Source: a virus
Direction: 5' to 3' (one strand)
DNA length: 46,158 nucleotides
Virus record (IMG/VR): IMGVR_UViG_3300010356_000385
Shown: in pieces, positions 37,360-45,241 of the stretch
Numbering within the stretch: position 1 is the stretch's first letter
Layout: each line of letters starts with the position of its first letter
Notes under the pieces: generated by a model
The model's database searches: none
The model's input: the letters and a program-made list of their open reading frames with translations, nothing else
What the model was told of the DNA's origin: nothing
Program-made: the position numbers and the translations under genes

Positions 37360-37821
37360 ATGGCGAGTGCTACAAAACCATTAACAGAGACGATGGTAAG
37401 AGCCATAGCTAGAGAGGAGAGCATGAAGATACTTAAAGATCTAGTGGCAGAAATCTCGGCGATAAGGCAAGTATCAACACAAAACAAAGATATTTTGGGA
37501 AGACTAGAAAGAATATTGTTAGGTGAGGACGGTGTAAGCGAGGATGAAACTTTAAAATGGAAGGCTAGTTTTGCTTATTTATATGCTAAGAGGAACACAG
37601 ACCTCAAGATTGTGGAAAGAGCAGAGCCAGCCATAAAATGGTTTGAAGATATGTCGGAGTGCGATCCAGGAGAAAAAGAGAGTAAACTGGTTGCATTGGG
37701 GAAAATGATAACTTTTTATTCTAATATGAAGTTCTTTTTTGGGATAATCGGTATAACAACACTTGTTAATGCAATTCCAATAATAGAAACAATTTTAACT
37801 TGGGTAAAAAGTCATTTATAG
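37360..37821 (+). CDS. Hypothetical protein with a C-terminal transmembrane segment (153 aa)
   Basis: AAAGGAG SD upstream. The C-terminus is FFFGIIGITTLVNAIPIIETILTWV. Confidence 0.6.
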   Translation: MASATKPLTETMVRAIAREESMKILKDLVAEISAIRQVSTQNKDILGRLERILLGEDGVSEDETLKWKASFAYLYAKRNTDLKIVERAEPAIKWFEDMSECDPGEKESKLVALGKMITFYSNMKFFFGIIGITTLVNAIPIIETILTWVKSHL

Positions 37822-37822
37822 T

Positions 37823-38644
37823 ATGTCAATAGGAAATTTTATATCACAACTAAGGGAGAACCCATATCTTGGAGAATATATAAAGGAGGGGTTGCTAAAC
37901 AAAATTCCGTTTATTAATAGGGACGCCCAAGAAGAGAGGGCATATGTAGGCGCGCGTGGTTATGGCATTGGTGACATGATGGGTAGACCAGAGTATCCAG
38001 ATATTATGCAATCAATGTATGATGAAGGTATGGTACCACAGGAAATTATAGACAACGCACTTGGCGGGGCAAATTTTAGAATGTATCCAGAAACTGGGTA
38101 TCCAACCGAACCAACCAGCAGCGGTTATGGAGAGGTTGCTGGGGCTGTGCAACCAGAAGCTAGTGTTCCTGACTTTGGAGCTTTTGCTTCTGATTGGTAT
38201 ACATCAGTAGGACACCCAGAACAGGCTGACAAAGCGGCTCTGATCGCCTCTAAGGCATACGAATATGGTTTAGACCCATATATGGCCTTGGCCTTATCTG
38301 CACAAGAAGGTGGTTGGGCAAGATATTACCCTAAAGACTCTCCTAACAATTATTTTGGGTGGGGAGTAACAGATAGTGGGGATATGGGTTTTGCTGGCGA
38401 CACATTAGAAGGTTGGTTAGATACATACCTTCCACAAATAGCTAAGCAGTATGGGGGTAGAAATAAGATAACCGACTGGGGAGGTTCTCTAAGTGGGTAC
38501 GGATCTGGTAGTCCATACACAGCAAGGTATAATTATAATGATAGCTGGGTTGAAGCGTTGTCTTCATTAATAAATCAAGCGAATAGGTTTCGAGAGCAAA
38601 ATTATCCCGATTTACCAGCAACCAGCATTGACACTAGATATTAA
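37823..38644 (+). CDS. Peptidoglycan hydrolase, glucosaminidase (FlgJ/LytD-like) domain
   Basis: LALSAQEGGWARYY and NNYFGWGV resemble the E-S-G-W and NN-FG motifs of mannosyl-glycoprotein endo-beta-N-acetylglucosaminidases. Confidence 0.6.
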   Translation: MSIGNFISQLRENPYLGEYIKEGLLNKIPFINRDAQEERAYVGARGYGIGDMMGRPEYPDIMQSMYDEGMVPQEIIDNALGGANFRMYPETGYPTEPTSSGYGEVAGAVQPEASVPDFGAFASDWYTSVGHPEQADKAALIASKAYEYGLDPYMALALSAQEGGWARYYPKDSPNNYFGWGVTDSGDMGFAGDTLEGWLDTYLPQIAKQYGGRNKITDWGGSLSGYGSGSPYTARYNYNDSWVEALSSLINQANRFREQNYPDLPATSIDTRY

Positions 38645-38680
38645 GTGTGGTAATTTATATAAATTAATCTACTAATAACG

Positions 38681-39433
38681 ATGATTGTAAGAAAAGGAAA
38701 TCCTGCAAATATAGCAGTGCACCACAGCGCAGTAAAGCCAGGTGCAAAGAATTTATCAGAGTTAAAGGCGAGAGCAAAGTCTTATGACGCATATCATAAG
38801 ACAAAATCTATTGGTTGGGGTTGCGACACTCCAGGGGAGAAAGGTTATAAATATATAAGATACCATTGGCTGATTGCACAGGACGGATCTACACTACAAG
38901 TTCAAGATGAAAAATATGTGGTTTACCATGCTTCGGATGGTTCTAATGGCCAATTTAATTACTACGGAATTGGCGTTTGTTTGGATGGAAATTATGAAGA
39001 AGAGGTTCCTACTGATAAACAAAAAGAAGCGTTAGCACAGTTAATTGCCAGATTTGAAAAACAATATAAGGTAAATGTTAATGTCCGTGGACACAAAGAG
39101 GTTTCTCAAACAGCCACAGCCTGTCCTGGAAAGAACGTAGGAACACACTCTAGTGGTTGGTTAAAAGGTGTTATAGCAAGGGCTAACGAGATACTAAGTG
39201 GAGTTAATCCAGTCCCACAACCGCCACAAGAATCTGAGTTAGATAAACTCAAGAAAGAAATAGAATCTCTAAAAAAAGAATTAAGTATTTCCAATGAAAA
39301 AGTTATAGAGTTGCAAAAACTTTTAGAAAGTGCAAATAATGAAATTGTAAAACTAAAGGATAGTAGTATTCAGGTTTCAAGTACTGATAATCTACTTGCC
39401 GAAATACAAAGGCGTATAAACGCCGTAAAGTAG
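38681..39433 (+). CDS. N-acetylmuramoyl-L-alanine amidase (Amidase_2/PGRP, T7-lysozyme-like) endolysin with a coiled-coil tail
   Basis: IAVHHSA (His ligand) and GHKEVSQTATACPG (His and Cys ligands). The C-terminal region is heptad-rich. Confidence 0.8.
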   Translation: MIVRKGNPANIAVHHSAVKPGAKNLSELKARAKSYDAYHKTKSIGWGCDTPGEKGYKYIRYHWLIAQDGSTLQVQDEKYVVYHASDGSNGQFNYYGIGVCLDGNYEEEVPTDKQKEALAQLIARFEKQYKVNVNVRGHKEVSQTATACPGKNVGTHSSGWLKGVIARANEILSGVNPVPQPPQESELDKLKKEIESLKKELSISNEKVIELQKLLESANNEIVKLKDSSIQVSSTDNLLAEIQRRINAVK

Positions 39434-39510
39434 GCTTAATTTGTAAGACCACGATAGTGAGTCAAATCAATTTTGATTGTTTTTATAAAAAACGAAAGAG
39501 GAAGGAAAGA

Positions 39511-39627
39511 ATGATAGAGACATTAATGATAAATATATTCTGGTTAGCACTTGCTACTGGAATGATATTGGTTGGTATTTTAGCCATATCTATGGGAGTA
39601 GCTATCATTTACAATTTATTTAACTAA
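39511..39627 (+). CDS. Small single-TM protein (38 aa), holin or spanin candidate
   Basis: Hand-translated as MIETLMINIFWLALATGMILVGILAISMGVAIIYNLFN. An A/G-rich SD-like stretch (agaggaaggaaaga) abuts the ATG. Confidence 0.45.
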   Translation: MIETLMINIFWLALATGMILVGILAISMGVAIIYNLFN

Positions 39628-39644
39628 ATTATTAATATAATATA

Positions 39645-39968
39645 ATGGATAAACCATTAATCATAATCCTAATAGAGGAGTATGTTAAAAATCAAAACGT
39701 AGCTGCTGCGTTAATTAGGATCTATAACAACTTAAATGCGCAGATAGTGTCTGCAATGGTTGTATTAGTTCCTATTGTTTTGTACGCACTATATGAGGTT
39801 TTTGTAAACCTAAGAGATGTTTCGGAATTGCTAGATGTTGCAAATTGGAAAGTCGTTGCAGTAATAATTGTTCAACAGCTTCTTGCTCTATGGAAAGCTG
39901 GTGCTGATAAGCTAAACAGAGAAGTAGCCAGAGAGGCAATAACATTTGCCGATACCGAGGGTAAGTAA
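39645..39968 (+). CDS. Membrane protein (107 aa), holin candidate
   Basis: Two or three hydrophobic segments. It sits next to the endolysin and is followed by a strong terminator. Confidence 0.55.
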   Translation: MDKPLIIILIEEYVKNQNVAAALIRIYNNLNAQIVSAMVVLVPIVLYALYEVFVNLRDVSELLDVANWKVVAVIIVQQLLALWKAGADKLNREVAREAITFADTEGK

Positions 39969-39971
39969 GAA

Positions 39972-39993
39972 GAGGGCCGCTGGCCCTTTTTTA
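39972..39993 (+). terminator. Rho-independent terminator
   Basis: AGGGCC-GCT-GGCCCT followed by TTTTT. Confidence 0.8.
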
Positions 39994-40026
39994 TTAGTTC
40001 TTTAAAATTTAACTGGGCCATTCCTT

Positions 40027-41067
40027 ATGGGAGCGACCACCTATGTAGGGTGGCCTGGTTTAGTAGTTAATATAAGTAGGCGCACAATGAGAGAAGGTAT
40101 ATTCACGGGTCCAGACGAGAGCAGCTTTAAGAGTAGATCACAAATATTCTATGAACAGCAGGCTGTAGGGGAACCCATTTACAGTAAAGATTTTACTACA
40201 TTTTATAGAGACTTTTCATTTTGGCAACAGGAAATGGAAAGGAGACAAGAATTGGATCAGGAACTTGACCCAATTCAAGAGTATATTGAAATAGATATAC
40301 CAACTGACCGACCAATAGCAATCGGACTTTTAGGTGATTTGCACCTCGGAAGCCCAAAGGTTGACTTTAAAAAATTAGGTAAAGATGTTCAGGTGATAAA
40401 GGAGCACCCTTTATGTAGAGTGTTTACCCTTGGAGATCTTACCGATTCGTTCTTCTGGAACCCAGCACAGGACGAAGATTATTTTAATTCCACAGAACAA
40501 TATTCGTATATGCGATCTATCCTTGAAGAAATTAAGGGTAAAATGCTCGGCTCTTGGATGGGAAATCACGATTTCGACTGGGAGAGAAAAGCTGGAATAA
40601 CAACAAAGTATCACGAGTTTAGTGAGAAATTTGGATGCCCTGTATTTCACGGTGTTGGTTTTATTAAGCTAGGTTTAGTAGCACCTGATGGGTCTAAGGT
40701 TACTTATAATCTAGCTGGTGCTCATGAAGCACCTGGTTCAAGTATTTATACAAATGCACACCCAGGCGTAAGAATGCACAGAGAATACCAAAATATTGAC
40801 GTAGCAATGGTGGCTCATACCCACAGAAAAGGGCTTGCAGAACAACCAATAAAGGAGTTTGGTGGTGGTGGAAGAGACGGCGTTGCAATGGTAACGGGAA
40901 CATATAAGAGGGTTGATGGCTATGGAAGAAGGAAAGGTTATGGATCAATACCAGAGGAGCAACGTGGAATGAGTTGGGTAATATTAAATCATGATAGAAA
41001 GATGATAAGACCTATGAGTGATACTGATAAAATGCTAGAGACAATGGCTGGATACTTGAGAGAGTAA
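40027..41067 (+). CDS. Calcineurin-like metallophosphoesterase (346 aa)
   Basis: Ordered motifs GDLHLG, GDLTD, GNHD, then GAHE and HTH. Confidence 0.75.
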   Translation: MGATTYVGWPGLVVNISRRTMREGIFTGPDESSFKSRSQIFYEQQAVGEPIYSKDFTTFYRDFSFWQQEMERRQELDQELDPIQEYIEIDIPTDRPIAIGLLGDLHLGSPKVDFKKLGKDVQVIKEHPLCRVFTLGDLTDSFFWNPAQDEDYFNSTEQYSYMRSILEEIKGKMLGSWMGNHDFDWERKAGITTKYHEFSEKFGCPVFHGVGFIKLGLVAPDGSKVTYNLAGAHEAPGSSIYTNAHPGVRMHREYQNIDVAMVAHTHRKGLAEQPIKEFGGGGRDGVAMVTGTYKRVDGYGRRKGYGSIPEEQRGMSWVILNHDRKMIRPMSDTDKMLETMAGYLRE

Positions 41068-41153
41068 TAAAGACTGACTGGTTGGTATGGCGCTGTACTA
41101 ACCAGATGAGTCCTTATTGGAAGGCTCTTTAACAACCTGTCGGAGGTGTCATA

Positions 41154-41339
41154 ATGAAAACTGTGTTTTATTCTTGTATTGATTGCGGATCAAAAGAATC
41201 ATATGACTGCGCGCTATACCTCTGCTCTGATAAGTATGGGTTCTTAATTATCTGCTGTATTGTTTATGCTGTTAACAATAATCTCACCATTTTAAGAAAG
41301 ATGGAGGGGTTGTTGGACGACAAAAATATGGGAGGATGA
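41154..41339 (+). CDS. Hypothetical Cys-rich small protein (61 aa)
   Basis: GGAGGTG SD 6 nt upstream of the ATG. The composition is odd. Confidence 0.35.
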   Translation: MKTVFYSCIDCGSKESYDCALYLCSDKYGFLIICCIVYAVNNNLTILRKMEGLLDDKNMGG

Positions 41340-41340
41340 A

Positions 41341-41589
41341 ATGAAAAACTATAAGGTTATCGTCCATGAAAGAGATGTTGTGTGTAAGTTTTGCGGTTGC
41401 GAAGGATCAAAGGGCAATCCTCTTACAGTTCATCACGTTATACCAAGGTGTCAGCACGGCCCTAATACCCCAGAAAATTGTATTTTATTGTGTGCTAATT
41501 GTCACAGAGAATGCCATGAAGAGAGTGGGTACCCAAACGGTAAAGCCCGTAGTAAGAGGAGAAAAGAAAAAAGACATCGACGAAGATAG
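41341..41589 (+). CDS. HNH endonuclease (82 aa)
   Basis: CKFCG..LTVHHVIPR..N..LLCANCHRECH, with a basic tail. Confidence 0.8.
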   Translation: MKNYKVIVHERDVVCKFCGCEGSKGNPLTVHHVIPRCQHGPNTPENCILLCANCHRECHEESGYPNGKARSKRRKEKRHRRR

Positions 41590-41664
41590 GGTTGCAAGGG
41601 GGTTTGTTACACATATCTCGTTAGAGTATAAACATCCCCCTTGAAAACCTGTAGTTAAAAAGTA

Positions 41665-41691
41665 TTGAAAAGTTGTTTTGTTTGATATATA
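41665..41691 (+). promoter_or_regulatory. Candidate extended -10 promoter
   Basis: TTGAAA, 15 nt, then TGaTATATA. Confidence 0.3.
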
Positions 41692-41773
41692 ACTTATTAT
41701 GGAAAATACGAAGTTAAAAACAATCAACGTAAATTTCGTTAACTGGAATTTAACGTCGTGTTTTCATCGCTAA

Positions 41774-41794
41774 GCCACCCTCGGGTGGTTTTTG
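41774..41794 (+). terminator. Rho-independent terminator
   Basis: CCACCC-TCG-GGTGG followed by TTTTT. Confidence 0.7.
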
Positions 41795-42240
41795 CGTTTC
41801 GCTCTTTAGGATTGGCTGAGACCCGATCCGTAGTCCAGAAGTTAGTCTAGGAAATTTACATTCGGGGGCTGAAAGGTATGACTAAGCCACACAGCCCAAT
41901 GACTATTCACTAAGAATTTAGAGCAGTTGGTGAACAGTAGCGCCTTCTCCAACTGCACCGAGTTCTTAATGAACCGAGGGATTAGCAATTTGTAGAGCCC
42001 AACGTCAAGCTCTAGCCAACAGGTTTTGCTAAGCAGGGGAATACCCTGGGTAGGGACGTACAGGGGTGATAGGCACGGGGTGTGTATCACTAATCGTATA
42101 CGAATTAAGCTCTTTATACTATAGAAACCAGAAATGGTTGTTTGAATGCGCTCCATTTTTCTCTATTAGGGGGATTATAGGGGGTAGGGCCAGGGGTTCC
42201 TGGCTAGGGTGTGTTTTATATAACTTGAACCTTTTTAGAA
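41795..42240. ncRNA. Candidate large structured RNA of unknown class (strand undetermined)
   Basis: GC-richer than its flanks and packed with 5-8-bp hairpins. Examples are GGGCTG..CAGCCC, GCAGTTGG..CCAACTGC, TAGAGC..GCTCTA, CAGGG-GAATA-CCCTG, GTGAT..ATCAC and GCCAGG-GGTT-CCTGGC. The only ORFs have an implausible composition. Confidence 0.4.
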
Positions 42241-42522
42241 ATGTTAGAGTATATAGATTCGAATCAATTAGGAAAAATAGTAAAGACACGGGCAGATTGG
42301 GCGGTAAACAGTGGACTCTTGGCTCAGGTAGACGGAGATTATTGTTTAACATCAAAGGCAATGCGTGAATACGACAATTTTTTTAGATGGATAACTGGCA
42401 ACAGCTCTAAACTCTTTAAGAGCAATAGATACGGCGACGAGAACAAAGAACCTGTTTTACAGGCTAAAACGAGAAGATCTCTACAGATGGACGAGATCGA
42501 GAACCTATTTTCTGGAATTTAG
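42241..42522 (+). CDS. Hypothetical protein (93 aa), last gene of the rightward arm
   Basis: ATG ORF whose 3' end overlaps the convergent gene 42505..42993 by 18 nt. Confidence 0.5.
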   Translation: MLEYIDSNQLGKIVKTRADWAVNSGLLAQVDGDYCLTSKAMREYDNFFRWITGNSSKLFKSNRYGDENKEPVLQAKTRRSLQMDEIENLFSGI

Positions 42523-42993
42523 TTTGCGATTCTTCTTTGCTTCCTTCCACTTGTTTCCATAGTATAAGTGTAATCTCCTTTGAATGTTTGATATGAACAT
42601 ATCATACTTTTTAGATATTTCAACATAAGTCATACCAGCCTCCCAGTCCTTGGCTATCTTTTCTGTAATCTTATAACTCTGTTTTCTTTTATAGGAAGAC
42701 ATTTCTGGATGATACCTGTAAAGCGTTGTGGCTGAAATGTTGTATTCGTCTAGAACATCGCTAACGTTCCTTCCTTTCTTTATTTGATTGGCAGCCTCGT
42801 AGGCTACCTCTTTGTTTCCTGTTACTCTTTCTTCTTGTTTTGATTCTTTTATTTGATCCCAATTCTCAAGTCTTCTTAGTGTCTGGTATACAGCCTCCCT
42901 ACTTATACCTCTCTTCTCTGCCATTTTGATAACTGGCTCTCCCTCGAGGTATTCCTTTATTATTCGGATTCTATCTTCTGATAATTCTTTCAT
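42505..42993 (-). CDS. Helix-turn-helix DNA-binding protein (162 aa)
   Basis: Two HTH-like segments (VIKMAEKRGISREAVYQTLRRL and VSDVLDEYNISATTLYRY), resembling sigma region 4 or a resolvase HTH. Confidence 0.55.
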   Translation of the reverse strand: MKELSEDRIRIIKEYLEGEPVIKMAEKRGISREAVYQTLRRLENWDQIKESKQEERVTGNKEVAYEAANQIKKGRNVSDVLDEYNISATTLYRYHPEMSSYKRKQSYKITEKIAKDWEAGMTYVEISKKYDMFISNIQRRLHLYYGNKWKEAKKNRKLNSRK

Positions 42994-43457
42994 TATAAAT
43001 TGCTCCTCACCATGTCGGAGGATCCTACTCTCATTTTACTCTGGGCGGTGCTAATAATCCTTTCAATGTCTTTGTAGTACCTCATTACAAAATTATACTT
43101 ATCCCTACTAGCCTTGCTCTTTTCTTTTAATTCGCTACAGTTTTTAGAGGCAATACTTTCGGCATTTTTATCGCTCAATTTCTCGTCGTTCTTAATAGCC
43201 TCTTCTTTCAATCTCAAGTACTCTTCGTTTAACTTCGACTTATATTCCTCTTCGTCATCGTCCGCTATGCTACCAAGATCCACAAACAACTGTCCAATGT
43301 TTACCATATACATAGAAAGCGTTAAAACAGCGTCTGCTAATTGATGCTCTGGAATGTTTGTAGTACCACGGCTCAATATATCTTGCCTAATCTTTTCGAC
43401 CTCCTTTAACGACTCGTTTGTATTAAATTGTTCCTTTCTTATTTCTGATAATTCCAT
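42993..43457 (-). CDS. Hypothetical coiled-coil protein (154 aa)
   Basis: ATG ORF. Its stop overlaps the next start. Confidence 0.6.
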   Translation of the reverse strand: MELSEIRKEQFNTNESLKEVEKIRQDILSRGTTNIPEHQLADAVLTLSMYMVNIGQLFVDLGSIADDDEEEYKSKLNEEYLRLKEEAIKNDEKLSDKNAESIASKNCSELKEKSKASRDKYNFVMRYYKDIERIISTAQSKMRVGSSDMVRSNL

Positions 43458-43462
43458 ATTAT

Positions 43463-43491
43463 ATTTTACTACTTTTGTTTTTTAGTGTCAA
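43463..43491 (-). promoter_or_regulatory. Candidate sigma70 promoter with leaderless geometry
   Basis: The minus strand reads TTGACA-CTAAAAAACAAAAGTAG-TAAAAT. The A of the ATG at 43457 lies 6 nt after the -10. Confidence 0.4.
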
Positions 43492-43681
43492 TTGTGGATA
43501 ACTTTTCATAATACCCCTCTTTTTGGGCTTTTGCTGGGTTCATGTGTACCCAGTGGTGGCATTTGTAGCACAAGTCTACTACCACCTCCTTATTGTTAAC
43601 TCTTCGATAGATGTGGTGCTTGTGTAATGGTTCGTACGCATTCCCACAGCGTTCACATCTCCTTTGCCAGTATGGGTTCAT
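43469..43681 (-). CDS. HNH-like zinc-binding protein (70 aa from the ATG; the track start at 43690 is TTG)
   Basis: CERCG..LHKHHIY..LCYKCHHWVH. There is an ATGA overlap with the upstream gene. Confidence 0.55.
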   Translation of the reverse strand: MNPYWQRRCERCGNAYEPLHKHHIYRRVNNKEVVVDLCYKCHHWVHMNPAKAQKEGYYEKLSTIDTKKQK

Positions 43682-44061
43682 GATATACAATAAAAAGCTA
43701 TCTCCATATAAAGATCTTCACTATCTATCTTACAATGACTACCTTCTAATATTCTACAATCGTCTATTTCGTTACCGTCTGTATCTCTGACCCTTGATAG
43801 TACAGTGTCTACTGCGTATTTAATCATATTGTGCCCGTCCTTCTTTTTTATGTTTCCGTTTTTATAATACAGGGGAAAATGAAAAATGGCCTCGTAGCCA
43901 TACCACTCACACTTATCAATTATTTTTTCTTTTTGTAAACTAACTAGTTTTTCCCACTCCTTGAACTTTTTTGTCTTATAACCTCCTCTAGAAGTCATTC
44001 TAACCGCTTCGTTCTCTGATACTGGTAAACCATTAATTTTGAATACTACTACCTCTTTCAT
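43678..44061 (-). CDS. rusA: RusA-like Holliday-junction resolvase (127 aa)
   Basis: LPVSENE near the N-terminus, and DGHNMIKYAVDTV...IDDCRI fits the RusA D-x-x-N-x-x-K...D / DD pattern. Confidence 0.55.
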   Translation of the reverse strand: MKEVVVFKINGLPVSENEAVRMTSRGGYKTKKFKEWEKLVSLQKEKIIDKCEWYGYEAIFHFPLYYKNGNIKKKDGHNMIKYAVDTVLSRVRDTDGNEIDDCRILEGSHCKIDSEDLYMEIAFYCIS

Positions 44062-44066
44062 ACTTC

Positions 44067-44095
44067 AAAATACCACGGTATTAATATTCTGTCAA
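44067..44095 (-). promoter_or_regulatory. Sigma70-type promoter with leaderless geometry
   Basis: The minus strand reads TTGACA-GAATATTAATACCGTGG-TATTTT. The A of the ATG at 44061 lies 6 nt after the -10. Confidence 0.55.
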
Positions 44096-44099
44096 TAGA

Positions 44100-44122
44100 G
44101 AAGGGGCTCATTGCCCCCTCTT
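44100..44122 (-). terminator. GC hairpin (terminator candidate)
   Basis: GGGGC-AATGA-GCCCC on the minus strand, followed by TTCTCTATT. Confidence 0.35.
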
Positions 44123-44123
44123 A

Positions 44124-44207
44124 TTATTTCTTTACGGCTTGGCGAATTAACAGTCCTATGATAATTGCACACAGTCCTCCAGAAATGAGACTACAGATTA
44201 CTTCCAT
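44124..44207 (-). CDS. Small hydrophobic peptide (27 aa)
   Basis: Hand-translated as MEVICSLISGGLCAIIIGLLIRQAVKK. It starts 7 nt after the stop of the SPFH gene. Confidence 0.35.
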   Translation of the reverse strand: MEVICSLISGGLCAIIIGLLIRQAVKK

Positions 44208-44213
44208 TTTTAA

Positions 44214-45053
44214 TTATTTGTTTAGGTTATATATTAAAGATGATCCGTCACCACCCATTACTTGTGGAAGTTTACCGTCCCATTTTTCTAACCACATTTT
44301 CTGTAGTATTTGTTGGGAAAGTTCCTTGGTTTGTAGTCTGTTTTGTTCTGCTATCGCCTTTGCTTTTTCGACGTCTAATTTAGCCTTTTCTACCTCGGCC
44401 TCTTTGTCTGTAATGGCCTTCTGCTTTTCATACTGAGCCTTTTGAGCCTCCTGTTCTGCAACCTGTTTTGCCTCGATAGCCTTATCAAACTCTTCACTAA
44501 AGGTGATATCTGTTACAGAGATGTCATCGATATATACCCAGTATGTTAATAGCCTTTCGGATAGTTTTACATCTATAACGGTTTTAACCTCTTCTCTTTT
44601 TGTTAATAGCTCCTCAGCCTTATATTGTGAGAAAGAAGCTTTTACGACCTCTTGTATTGCTGGGTATATGACTTTATCAAAAAGCTTGTCATCATCACCA
44701 AGGTTACTAAATATATCAGAGGTATCTGCTCCTTGAATGTGGTAGTTTAGTACGATAGAAGTGTTAACAGTTTGAAGATCCTTTGTTCCAGCACCAGCGT
44801 TAGCGTCTGCTCTTTTTATTTTTGTATCAAACCTTGTTACACCCTCGATGATTGGTGCTTTGAAGTTTAATCCTGGATTCATTTCTCTGCCTGTTGCACG
44901 TCCAAATCTTGTTACGACGCCGACCTCCCCTTGTCGAATTATAGTAAAACTGCTTAGGATAATTATCAGCGCTAAGAACCCCACAATGGAATAAGAGATC
45001 CTTTTTATCCAGAGTTTAGTCTGTTTCTCTTCGTAAGTTAATTCTGTGTCCAT
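44214..45053 (-). CDS. SPFH/band-7 (prohibitin/HflC-like) membrane protein (279 aa)
   Basis: An N-terminal TM segment, then IIRQGEVGVVTRFGR..GLNFKAPIIEGV..DLQTVNTSIVLNYHI and a coiled-coil AEQEAQKAQ tail. Confidence 0.75.
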   Translation of the reverse strand: MDTELTYEEKQTKLWIKRISYSIVGFLALIIILSSFTIIRQGEVGVVTRFGRATGREMNPGLNFKAPIIEGVTRFDTKIKRADANAGAGTKDLQTVNTSIVLNYHIQGADTSDIFSNLGDDDKLFDKVIYPAIQEVVKASFSQYKAEELLTKREEVKTVIDVKLSERLLTYWVYIDDISVTDITFSEEFDKAIEAKQVAEQEAQKAQYEKQKAITDKEAEVEKAKLDVEKAKAIAEQNRLQTKELSQQILQKMWLEKWDGKLPQVMGGDGSSLIYNLNK

Positions 45054-45073
45054 TTGTATTTATATAAATTTAT

Positions 45074-45217
45074 TTATGCTGTTAAAACCCCTAATAGAAA
45101 CCCGATAAAGAATGCGTACGCACATAGCGCAAAGAACAACACCTTTACCATTTCTATCAACTCGGTTTTAGACTTACTTGCAAGACTCCATCTTGCCTTC
45201 TTTTTGGGTCTTCCCAT
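45074..45217 (-). CDS. Small tail-anchored membrane protein (47 aa)
   Basis: Hand-translated as MGRPKKKARWSLASKSKTELIEMVKVLFFALCAYAFFIGFLLGVLTA. Confidence 0.4.
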   Translation of the reverse strand: MGRPKKKARWSLASKSKTELIEMVKVLFFALCAYAFFIGFLLGVLTA

Positions 45218-45241
45218 AGTTTAGAAATAATAATTTAAATA

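Noticed and set aside
41862-41900. GGGGCTGA.. resembles the 5' end of tmRNA
   Set aside because: No matching 3' tRNA-like half (a T-arm GGTTCGAATCC plus ACCA end) and no resume-codon/tag ORF could be found in the following 400 nt.
41842-42368. ORFs 41842..42156 (-), 42066..42368 (+) and 42119..42361 (-)
   Set aside because: They overlap one another and have implausible, Cys/Pro/Leu-skewed composition. They coincide with the hairpin-dense GC-rich block. The real gene appears to start at ATG 42241.
42505-42522. 18-nt 3' overlap of the convergent genes at the junction of the two arms
   Set aside because: A short convergent overlap is common in compact phage genomes. No hairpin or other special signal was seen.
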